This document shows positions 1 through 11,319 of a stretch of DNA of 64,000 nucleotides, in pieces. Source of the DNA: Eledone cirrhosa (taxonomy: Eukaryota); NCBI GenBank assembly GCA_964016885.1, contig OZ024742.1, positions 190,712,001-190,776,000 of the forward strand. The letters are read 5' to 3'. Under the pieces are notes generated by a model, which made no database searches, was not told the origin of the DNA, and worked only from the letters and a program-made list of their open reading frames with translations. Position 1 is the stretch's first letter, and every line of letters begins with the position of its first letter. The position numbers and the translations under genes are program-made.

Positions 1-49
<49 letters not shown>

Positions 50-202
50 TGCTACTGTACGTCTGTATACATATATGTATGTACGTATACATACATACTT
101 ACATTTAAGTAAGTGCCATACTAAGAGTGAGAAATGAAATTTCGTTTTCATTTTTTTCAACTTATCGTTTTCGGTATGCCTGACCGATTTAACTCACTCA
201 AT

Positions 203-210
203 ATGCAAAT
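203..210 (+). promoter_or_regulatory. Octamer motif ATGCAAAT, repeated in every array unit (also 715, 1219, 1714)
   Basis: Exact POU/octamer consensus ~80 nt upstream of each hammerhead; function unproven. Confidence 0.35.
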
Positions 211-283
211 TAGGCTGCTCAGCCGTTAATTTTCATAAGGAAAGTATATACTTTCGAACGTTCAACTATCTGGCAGATGGGTA

Positions 284-328
284 AACGGTGCTGATGATAG
301 CTAACAAGCTTGAAACTAGTACATCGTT
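284..328 (+). ncRNA. Minimal type-I hammerhead ribozyme, array unit 1
   Basis: Stem I aacggtg(284-290)/catcgtt(322-328); CTGATGA 291-297; stem II agct-aaca-agct; GAAA 312-315; palindromic stem III ACTAGT; GUA triplet 319-321. Confidence 0.85.
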
Positions 329-483
329 CCTGTGTCAGTGTTGAACAAAAAGGTGACGTGGTTGCCTTAACACCGTATGGCATAAATTCAGGCTGTTCAG
401 TTTGTTGACAAACGAACAAAGCGGCAATCGTCCGCTAAACTGATGCGTGCATATGTGTATGTGTACCTGTATGTATATATGTA

Positions 484-561
<78 letters not shown>

Positions 562-795
562 TGCTACTGTACGTCTGTATACATATATGTATGTACGTAT
601 ACATACATACTTACATTTAAGTAAGTGCCATACTAAGGGTGAGAAATGAAATTTCGTTTTCATTTTTTTCAACTTATCGTTTTCGGTATGCCTGACCGAT
701 TTAACTCACTCAATATGCAAATTAGGCTGCTCAGCCGTTAATTTTCATAAGGAAAGTATATACTTTCGAACGTTCAACTATCTGGCAGATGGGTA

Positions 796-840
796 AACGG
801 TGCTGATGATAGCTAACATGCTTGAAACTAGTACATCGTT
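796..840 (+). ncRNA. Minimal type-I hammerhead ribozyme, array unit 2
   Basis: Same as unit 1 (CTGATGA 803-809, GUA 831-833); A>T at 819 shortens stem II by one pair. Confidence 0.8.
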
Positions 841-995
841 GCTGTGTCAGTGTTGAACAAAAAGGTGACGTGGTTTCCTTAACACCGTATGGCATAAATT
901 CAGGCTGTTCAGTTTGTTGACAAACGAACAAAGCGGCAATCGTCCGCTAACCTGATGCGTGCATATGTGTATGTGTACCTGTATGTATATATGTA

Positions 996-1065
<70 letters not shown>

Positions 1066-1299
1066 TGCTACTGTACGTCTGTATACATATATGTATGTAC
1101 GTATACATACATACTTACATTTAAGTAAGTGCCATACTAAGAGTGAGAAATGAAATTTCGTTTTCATTTTTTTCAACTTATCGTTTTCGGTATGCCTGAC
1201 CGATTTAACTCACTCAATATGCAAATTTGGCTGCTCAGCCGTTAATTTTCATAAGGAAAGTATATACTTTCGAACGTTCAACTATCTGGCAGATGAGTA

Positions 1300-1344
1300 A
1301 ACGGTGCTGATGATAGCTAACAAGCTTGAAACTAGTACATCGTT
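1300..1344 (+). ncRNA. Minimal type-I hammerhead ribozyme, array unit 3
   Basis: Identical motif: CTGATGA 1307-1313, GUA 1335-1337. Confidence 0.85.
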
Positions 1345-1498
1345 CCTGTGTCAGTGTTGAACAAAAAGGTGACGTGGTTGCCTTAACACCGTATGGCATA
1401 AATTCAGGCTGTTCAGTGTGTTGACAAACGAACAAAGCGTCAATTGTCCGCTAAACTGATGCGTGCATATGTGTATTGTACCTGTATGTATATATGTA

Positions 1499-1562
<64 letters not shown>

Positions 1563-1794
1563 CTACTGTACGTCTGTATACATATATGTATGTACGTATA
1601 CATACATACTTACATTTAAGTAAGTGCCATACTAAGAGTGAGAAATGAAATTTCGTTTTCATTTTTTTCAACTTATCGTTTTCGGTATGCCTGACCGATT
1701 TAACTCACTCAATATGCAAATTAGGCTGCTCAGCCGTTAATTTTCATAAGGAAAGTATATACTTTCGAACGTTCAACTATCTGGCAGATGGGTA

Positions 1795-1839
1795 AACGGT
1801 GCTGATGATAGCTAACAAGCTTGAAACTAGTACATCGTT
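1795..1839 (+). ncRNA. Minimal type-I hammerhead ribozyme, array unit 4
   Basis: Identical motif: CTGATGA 1802-1808, GUA 1830-1832. Confidence 0.85.
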
Positions 1840-1998
1840 CCTGTGTCAGTGTTGAACAAAAAGGTGACGTGGTTGCCTTAACACCGTATGGCATAAATTC
1901 AGGCTGTTCAGTTTGTTGACAAACGAACAAAGCGGCAATCATCCGCTAACCTGATGCGTGCATATGTGTATGTGTACCTGTATGTATATATGTATATA

Positions 1999-2040
<42 letters not shown>

Positions 2041-2093
2041 TGCTACTGTACGTCTGTATACATATATGTATGTACGTATACATACATACTTAC

Positions 2094-2177
<84 letters not shown>

Positions 2178-2279
2178 CACATATGTATGTATGTGTGTGT
2201 GTGTGCGCGCGTGTGTATGCATCCGCATATATATACGTAATATATGTATATATATATATATATAACAGGTGAGTAAACG

Positions 2280-2460
2280 CAGAATGGGCAAACGGTAAAG
2301 AAGATCACTTTATAATCATAAGGTCTTGGTTCAATTCCCTTGCATACTGTTTTGGGTATGTGTCATTTACTATATTCTCGTGTTGACTGAAACCTTGGGA
2401 ATGAGATTTGGTAAATGGTCTCAGAAAATGGGTTGAAGGAAGGCGGATGGCCTGTATCTC
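2280..2460 (+). mobile_element. Degenerate tRNA-derived SINE (octopus OR-type, CORE-like)
   Basis: B-box-like ggttcaattccc followed by ttgggtatgtgtcatttactata and gagatttggtaaatgg, resembling a common octopus SINE. Confidence 0.5.
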
Positions 2461-3089
2461 TAATTTAAAGAGACAGTCACGTTGCATACTATGTCATATT
2501 GAAACTCCCTAACAATTATATTAAACATACTTTGGGATCGAACCTGAATCAGTTGGAGATGGTTGCTTCAATCAGAACCCACTGAAAGTAGTGTGTGGAC
2601 TCCTACCCCATCGAACCTCTCAAGTAAAAGTGGGCTAAGAAGAAGAAGAAGAAGAAGAAGAAGCGTACTTGATTTTGTGAAATGTTAGGGTCCTTTTACG
2701 TTAATTTCACGTGCAGGCTAACCTACTGATAATAAAACTGGAATGCTCATCATCAAAACTGACCGAGGACCCTCTACTGATGGAAGAATTTAGACAGATT
2801 AGATAAATATCAGGCAAAGAGAGAAACGAAAGTGAAATTCTGAAAAATAGTTTTGAAGAAAGAAATCGAATTACGGTTAAATGGATAACAATATCGATGA
2901 TAGAGTTTAATGGATGGGGATGTGAGTTATCGATCTAATTGATTAACAGAGATAACTTTGGCCACATCGATACGTTACCCAATATATAATCAACATACGG
3001 ATACAAGCACGTGTATTTATTGATATCTGAAATTATTGTGGATGTTGCAGTGTGTCAGCAATTTCCCCTCCACTATACTACGCCTACAA

Positions 3090-3719
<630 letters not shown>

Positions 3720-4613
3720 CTAAATGACGTTATAAATGAATATTATATATAATGATAATCTATATTCTTATCATGACCCACCATAATCACATTCCATTCA
3801 CTATTGATTTCACTAACCATCGTCGCAATGTAGGATAACACATTTGATTGGTTTTCTATTTCCTATCGATTTGGTATACTACTCCATCATCATCACTATC
3901 GCTTTCCTCTCAGCCAACACAAATATCACCTCTAGGTCATCCACCACTGCAAACTGCACTACCACCAAAACTACCACTGCTAACAACACTTCCACCACTA
4001 GTAGCCAGGCTACCATCCTCACCTTCTAGAAAACATCTACCACTTTATCACCATAGTCCTCAACAATAACACCCTGGCTATCATACCTGCACAGCCAGAA
4101 CTATCACCACCACCATCACCACCACCACCACCCACTACCCACCACCAATCACCCACCACCACCATCACCAACCACCACCACCACCACCACCACCAATCCA
4201 CCACCACCGCCACCACCACCACCACCACCACCGACCAACCACCACCAATTCCCCACCACCACTACCACCACCATTACCACTATTATTATGTTAAGCTTAT
4301 ACTTGCCTGTAGAAAACACGGTTAATTGCACGTAAATTCCAAGAGCATGGTGCTCCGTTGAGCGAACTCCTGGATCACTCATCCTCGAAAGCGTGGACGG
4401 TCCATTCTTTGCTTTTTATTTTAGGTGGTGGTTTATGATTTAAGAACAAGGTCAACAATTTTTTGGGAATGGAAAATTGATTAAATTATCGCTCCTAAGG
4501 ATGAAATGCAAAACTAATATCGGCGAAATTTCAACTCACAACGTAAAGTGCCGTAACTCTATGCCATGAAGCAGTGTCCCCAATGCTCTACTGATACTGC
4601 TAATATAAATAAT

Positions 4614-4800
4614 TGTTTCTACTTTAGGCACATGGCCAGCAATTATTCAGTGCATTACTGGTACTTTATTTTATCGACCCCGTAAGGATGAAAGGCAAAG
4701 TCAACCTCGGCGGTATTTGAACTCAGATCGTAAAGGGACATAACTATGCTGGAAAGCATGGCATCCGACCCTCTACCGATACTGCCAATCTACCGCCCTT
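4614..4800 (-). mobile_element. Full-length tRNA-derived SINE (octopus OK-like, Nin/Deu-type central domain) with ~15-bp TSD
   Basis: On - strand: A-box-like tggcagtatcgg, B-box gagttcaaatac, core tttgcctttcatccttacggggtcgataaaataaagtaccag; TSD gctaatataaataat at 4599-4613 and 4801-4815; older degenerate copies flank it (4480-4600, 4815-5020). Confidence 0.88.
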
Positions 4801-5392
4801 GCTAATATAAATAATGATTTCTGATTTAGGCACAAGGCCAACAAGTAGAGGGGAGGGGAAAGTCAATTAAATCGACCCTAGTACATTACTGGTGCTTTAT
4901 TTTGTCGACCCCGGAACGTTGAAAGTCAAAGTTAACATTGGCGAGCTTTGAACGTAAAAAGCCATAGCCCTATGCTGTGAAGCAGTGTCTCCAATTCTCT
5001 ACCGTTACTGCCACTATAGATGATAAACACAATCAAGCAATGAACGAAGACTGTCATCTTGAGAGTATACTACTTTCACAGTATAGCTTTTCTAACAACA
5101 CTACGATACCATTTTACTTACTGCAATTGAAGTATGTAGGGGAGAGAATAAACTAGGCTGGTTGACATTTCTTTCCATTAATCGTAGGTTGGGGAATATA
5201 AATTTGGAAAGCAAAGAGTTGAAAATGATTCAAGAATTTCCTCTGGCATTTTGATAACTTTACCTAACAAACATCTCTTTGATTGATAATTTATTTATCC
5301 ACCACGAAGACAGGAAAGGCAGTAAGATTACCAAAAGTGCAAATATAACACAAACAATAAATACAACAATCAGAATATAATAAAGTGAGGAG

Positions 5393-6030
5393 TGTCCTGA
5401 ATATATATTTTTATCCTGTTAGTAAAATAAGTTGGGTTACTTTGAATAAATAATTGTTTCCACTTTTGGCACAAGGCCAGCAATTATCCAGGGTATTACT
5501 GGTACTTTATTTTATCGACCCCGTAAGGATGAAAGGCAAAGTTAACCTCGGCGGGATTTGAACTCAGTCCGTAAAGGGACGTAACTGTGCTGCAAAGCAT
5601 GGCGTCCGACCCTCTACCGATACTGCCAATCCATTACACAATGTATAAATAATTTTATTGCTTATTTCAAGATTCACTTCTTTTTAAATTTTCAAATGTC
5701 AATACTTCCGGTTATGATATAAAGGACGCTATATCACATATCGCTTCTATAAGGTTTATATTTCTGTCGCTAATTTTCTCCCTTTTCGTTTTCATAAAAT
5801 GTTGCCGTAATGCAGTTTATATATAATATCGTCTCTTTTAAATACATCATGGATTACTTTACTGATTACAGAAGACACTGTAACACAGTCTCGCTTCAAT
5901 TTCTGTGCATATTTTCAATTACGATTTTATTTGACGTATCATATCGACATGCATATCTATTTGCGTATGATAACAATATGCACACAGCACATGCTAGCAG
6001 AAAACCAACCGAAGGATGGTTTTCTGCTAG
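5393..6030 (+). mobile_element. Dispersed repeat with Helitron-like hairpin-CTAG 3' end, carrying a SINE (5450-5632, -)
   Basis: Homologous to the reverse complement of 47103-47603; ends in 14-bp stem ctagcagaaaacca/tggttttctgctag followed by T. Confidence 0.55.
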
Positions 6031-6067
6031 TAACAATAACAATGAAAATATCATTTATTTTCATTAC

Positions 6068-6099
<32 letters not shown>

Positions 6100-6100
<1 letters not shown>

Positions 6101-6238
6101 GAGTTACGTCCCTTTACGATCTGAGTTCAAATCCTGCCGAGGTTAACTTTGCCTTTCATCCTTACGGGGTCGAAAAAATAAAGTACCAGTAATGTACTGG
6201 GTAATTGCTGGCCTTGTGCTAAAAGTAGAAACAATTAT
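6100..6238 (+). mobile_element. 5'-truncated OK-like SINE inside an (ATT)n tract
   Basis: B-box and core identical to the family; further degenerate copies at 6700-6925 and 17745-17920. Confidence 0.8.
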
Positions 6239-6309
6239 TATTATTATTACTATTATTGACAAGTCTGAAATATTTGTAGACATGGATCGTCCACTAGAGG
6301 AAGAGTGTA

Positions 6310-6339
6310 TCAGTAGAGATAGATAGATATAGAGAGAGA

Positions 6340-6404
<65 letters not shown>

Positions 6405-6431
6405 GAGAGAGAGTGAATGAGTGAGTGAGTG

Positions 6432-6507
<76 letters not shown>
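6310..6507. repeat. (GA)n microsatellite
   Basis: Direct inspection. Confidence 0.95.
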
Positions 6508-6509
<2 letters not shown>

Positions 6510-7359
6510 TGCTTTTTAATGTGCTTTATTACAGATGTATGAGAATATGGTTGACGATGTTTTTCAAAGCAGGAGGAATACATTCAATGCCTCTGATGCA
6601 GTTGTCTAATCCGGAGTGGGGCATTGCATGGACATTCCATTCTAGTTAATCTTTATTATAATTTACTATTATCAATATTATTTTTACAATTATTGTTATT
6701 GAAGGCGGTGGGTTGGCAGTATCGCTGGAGCGTCGGACAATGTTTGTGGCATAGAGTTGCACCCCTTTACGTTCTGAGATCAAATCCCTTCGAGGCTAGG
6801 TTTGCTTTTAATCCTTACAGTGTTGATGAAACGAAGTACCTCACTGGGTTTGATTTAATCGATTCCTCCTCCAAAAAAAAAAAAAAAAAAAAAATGCTGG
6901 CCTTGTGCAAATATCGGAATCCATTATAATTATTATTATTGTTATATTTACTTATTTTCCTTTATTGATGCTCCTTTACGTTTACTCGATATAAACTCCA
7001 CAACGTGTTGTTTTTCGGCCTTGCATTGTCGGCAATGTCTTGATCCCGTGTGGCCAATAATCGAAACCTTTTTGCAGTCTATAGAGAAATTGGTGTTAGT
7101 TGAAGTAGAAATAAATTTGTTTAGTTGTGGCAATGACGCCAGAGGGAATGGAAGTAATGTATATATATTTTTTTGTTAACATCATTAAGCTAAGACAATT
7201 GGGAGTATCAGTTGAACATCATTGGTAGTGTGGAAAGGATAGGGGGAATGAGGATGTAGAAGATGATGATGATAATGAAGAGGTGTACGAGTAGGGGTAG
7301 AGGAAGGGGAAATGGGACAGGTCGAGGAGGGTTATAAAGAGGAAGAACTGTATGAGGAC

Positions 7360-7372
7360 GATGGTGATGATA

Positions 7373-7423
<51 letters not shown>

Positions 7424-7620
7424 GTGAGGAGGAGGAGGAGGAGGAGGAGGAGGAGGAGGAGGAGGATAAGGAGGAGTAGGTGTAGGAGGAGGAGGAAGAG
7501 TAGGACGAGTGTGGGGACGAGGATGATGATGATGATGATGCTGAAGAGGAGGAGAAGAAGGAAGAGGAGTAGGAGGAGAAGAAGGAAGAGGAGTAGGAGG
7601 AGGTGGAGTATGAAGGGGAG
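7360..7620. repeat. (GAT)n/(GGA)n triplet repeats
   Basis: Direct inspection; (ACT)n/(AAT)n also at 8440-8608. Confidence 0.9.
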
Positions 7621-8491
7621 GTGGAGTTAAAGATGCGGTACGTATGGTGGAGAAGAAAAAAGCGGTGTGTCGATTGATATGAAGAGAGCCAAAGAGATGA
7701 AAGAAACGAAGAAATCGACAAACACGAAAGGCTAACAAATTAAACATTTTAAAACGAATTGAAATAATACGTAAAAAAGACTAAGAAACGTTAGCAAGGG
7801 AGTCTGTGGAAGTACACGTGTTTCGACATGTGTTTGTGTATGTGCATATGTGTAGCTGCGTGTGCATGTAGATTGGTGTATTGTGTGTGTATGTGTGTTT
7901 GTATGTATGTGTGTGTGCGTGCGTGCGTGGTTGTGTGTGGTACTGATGCGTAAGGTGGATTAAATCTAATAAGAATCTATATTTTTTGTTTAGATGGAGA
8001 GTGAAGGAAGATTTGATTCGATTTGCTATTACTGTTGGTGAAATAAAAGAGCATCTGCTACTGATGAGTAGAAAGTTTAAAGTAGAAAGAGAACGGATAA
8101 CAGAAGACTCTCCAAGTTTAGTAATTTCAGCAGATGGAAATACGGAAGGAAAGAAAAACGGAAACAAACGAACAAACACGAAATTATTGAAAGATTTAGA
8201 AAGGAAATATCTATTAAAAATAAAATGAAATAAAATAACGTAAACAAATCAAGGAAACAGAAGTACTGTGAAGAATGAAAGACAAAAAGAAGGAAAAATG
8301 GAAAGAAGGAAGGAAAAAATGAAAGAAAGAAAAATGAAGAACCAAAGGGAATTAAAGAAAAATATATATATAAAGAAAAAAAAGCAATACAAAAACAACT
8401 TAAAACAACAAGAACATTGTCTGAATATGTGTGCAATCATTACTACTACTGCTACTACTACTAATACTACCACTACTACTACTGCTGCTGA

Positions 8492-8573
<82 letters not shown>

Positions 8574-8988
8574 ACTACTACTACTACTAACAATAATAAT
8601 AATAGTAATATGAAATCTAGAAATGAAGTATAAATTTTAGAACGAGAAACGAAAACTAAAGATATAAACAACAGCTTATTTTAGCAGTTAAAAAATAAAA
8701 CAAAGAGTAAAAGAAGAAACTCATATTAGATTAATGGACACTATCAACGTGAAAGTGAAACTAAAGAGACATTGACACATTTTGTAATTATAGAGGTGAA
8801 AAGAGTGTGGAATAGCAAAGCATCGCTAAAAGTGAAAGTAGGAAAAACGCTGACATTTTGTGAAATATCTTGAAAAACGAAATATCGTGAAAAACGAGGG
8901 TGAGAGAACTACATAAATGAGGAAACTAGACGAAGGTTATTAAATATTTCCATATTTAGAAAGTGAGAGAGAGAGAGAGGGGGAGGAG

Positions 8989-9026
<38 letters not shown>

Positions 9027-9128
9027 TCAGGTTATCAATAATGTAGTGATATTATATCGTTACGTTAGAGATGAACAGCGTACCTGTAGGTTTGCTCAAC
9101 GAGTATAAATTATATTCCTCAGAAAATG

Positions 9129-9569
9129 TAGAAAAGATGAATATAAAATGAAAGCGCTTTTTTTAAAAAAGGAATTTATTAGGTATTGTCCAATGGGTCA
9201 AGTATAGATTAAAATTGGCACTCCCAAAAATTCTTATTTAGATAAAATAAACCATTTACTCATTGTATTCTCATTAGAAACCCTTTATATACTTGTTTAG
9301 CAGTAAATTGAATTACCATCTGTCATATACTATCCCCTCTCTTCTTCCTCTATTACTAATATAAATACTTCAATCTTTCTGATTTTATCCAATTTATCTA
9401 AAATCTCTGAAGAAGTGACAACTGTTTATACATTTGCTATCGAATACTTGCTAACATTATATGATTACGCAAGCAGCGGTACATAGGTATTCCGTCTGTT
9501 ACAGAAACATATGTCAATACCTAATAAATTCCTTTTTTAAAAAAAGCACTTTCATTTTATATTCATCTT

Positions 9570-9573
<4 letters not shown>
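9129..9573 (+). mobile_element. PLE pseudo-LTR-like remnant with degenerate hammerhead and inverted terminal copy
   Basis: CTGAAGA 9407, stem II gtgaca/tgttac, GAAAC-ATAT-GTC 9504-9515 (stem I broken); 9129-9188 is the reverse complement of 9515-9573; ends in (TA)n. Confidence 0.6.
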
Positions 9574-9644
<71 letters not shown>

Positions 9645-9646
<2 letters not shown>

Positions 9647-10312
9647 TTAAAATAACAGATTAAAGTTTAAGCAAAGAATCGCTGCTTTCACCCTTAACGG
9701 GATCTTCTGAAACTAACAAAGTCAATCTGTGAACGCAGAAGTGAATATTTCAAAAAACGTTGCAACCGGAGGAAGACAGGAAGAGGATACTTTGGTTCGT
9801 GGAAACGTTCCCTGGCAAAGAACGGGAAAAAAACGAATATAATACGTCTTTATTTGGAGAGGGGAAAACCAATTACACGCAAAAACAAAACCACGTTTTT
9901 GGTATAAAAGAAGTCGTAGACTAATATTCTATTAGGTGGTTCATAGAGACGTTCTCTGGCAATGAACGGAAAAAACGAAGAGACCATCATCACGGTACAA
10001 ACCACCGCCCACGTTGGGGAATTCATCCTTGATAGGGAAAAGAAGGAAAAGGCGGAATAAGATCATTAACCTCCGCAGAATCGGTGGCGCCCATACTCAC
10101 GACGAATGGGGTACTATTAGATTTTTTAATCCAAATAGAGTCGTCGAAATTAATCACCGACTTACGGGCATTGAGGATGACATCAACTTCGAAATCTTTA
10201 ACCACTGTGAGTGTTATTTTAATAAATATTTGCACTACGGTTCTTATATATTTGATATATATTTATCCTTATCGAGCCCTCTTTGGATTTTAGTCTTCAA
10301 ATTTATTATTAT

Positions 10313-10320
<8 letters not shown>
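9645..10320 (-). mobile_element. Penelope-like element fragment (RT piece), internally deleted
   Basis: - strand ARKSVINF..WIKK..FVVSMGATDSAEV and GGGLYRDDGL (catalytic YRDD, ~9980-10010); termini 9645-9980 and 10255-10320 are repeated at 11318-11650 and 12940-13005. Confidence 0.8.
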
Positions 10321-10349
<29 letters not shown>

Positions 10350-10352
<3 letters not shown>

Positions 10353-11257
10353 GGTGTTTCAAAAAAAAAATTTGATATCATTTCGCAATCTAATAACTTT
10401 ACCAGTTCCCGTTCAAATAACTTTAAATTTTAACAGCATGTGTAGAAAAAGGTCAAAATTCCATGTTCCATGTTCGATATGATTATCTTCTCAGGTATAG
10501 AAATGACATTCACTTGAAATGATGAGGCCACATTTCATACGAATGGCAAAGTCAATAAGGATAACGTTCGCATTTGGGCGACGAAAATCCCCTTACCACA
10601 CTTGAGCATGAGAGGAACTCACCAAAAGTGAATGTGTTCTGCGCCATCTCCAAGAAGCATCTTCATGGCTCGTTTTTCTTTGAGGGAAATGTGACCGGCG
10701 ATGTTTATCTGCAAATGCTTCAGAACTGGCTAATGGGATGACTTCATTTTTCAACAGGACGGAGCTCCACCTCACTGGAAGTTCACTGGGCGGGTTTATC
10801 TTAATGAAAATCTGTGAGGGAGATGGATCGGGCGTGCTGGTGATGAAGACAATGTGCTGTTGAAATGGCCGCCACGTTCACCTGACCTGACAGCTCACGA
10901 TTTTTTACTCTGGGGTTATGTGAAGGGCCTGGTGTATGTCCCCCCTCTTCCTGCAAACCTAGAGGAACTCAAGCAGAGAATCATTACCGCACTGGAGACT
11001 GTTACCCAAGACATGCAGCAGCGTGTTTGGGAGGATCAGGACTACTGACTTGACGTGTGCCGTGTCTCAAGAGGTCCACATATTGAACATTTGTGAACTC
11101 GCTCATGGAATCCACATATCTTTAAATGTCTCCTATTCAAATTTGGAGGAATAAATCTTATGTTGCTCAACGTTAAGCCAGCTTAGTTTCTTTTGATTTG
11201 ACTATGACGTTTCTGTGATATTTACATCTCAAGTGATATCAAATTTTTTGAAACACC

Positions 11258-11260
<3 letters not shown>
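10350..11260 (+). mobile_element. Tc1/mariner (rosa/DD41D-like) DNA transposon relic with TIRs, inserted in (TA)n
   Basis: TIRs cagggtgtttcaaaaaa..tttgatatca / tgatatcaaa..ttttgaaacaccctg, TA flanks; disrupted transposase: DEATFH, SPKVNVFCAI, QQDGAPPHW, WIGR, WPPRSPDLTAHDFLLWGYVKG. Confidence 0.93.

Positions 11261-11317
<57 letters not shown>

Positions 11318-11319
<2 letters not shown>

Larger units (their letters stand above)
1..2096 (+). repeat. Tandem array of ~500-bp units (4 full + partial, may extend left of window); each unit has ~390 bp complex sequence plus a variable (TA)n tract
   Basis: The block gcatgctactgtacg...ctgatgcgtgcatatg recurs near 47, 559, 1063, 1558 and partially at 2038; periods 512/504/495 bp differ mainly in (TA)n length; few substitutions. 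Confidence 0.97.

Noticed and set aside
180-255. Second hammerhead in the unit (CTGACCGA ... GAAAG-TATATA-CTT)
   Set aside because: Core has an extra base and stem I does not pair
291-443. C/D-box snoRNA reading (TGATGA ... CTGA) of the array unit
   Set aside because: The TGATGA is better explained as the hammerhead core with all three stems; no convincing terminal stem
219-1942. Repeated 66-70 aa minus-strand ORFs in the array
   Set aside because: No recognisable domain; antisense to the ribozyme; repeated only because the unit is repeated
1-2096. CRISPR array
   Set aside because: Eukaryotic context; long near-identical units with no unique spacers and no cas genes
7986-8228. Possible exon after ttttgtttag, and CTGATGA-gta-GAAA at 8061
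   Set aside because: No recognisable protein or donor site; the hammerhead-like word lacks stems II and III
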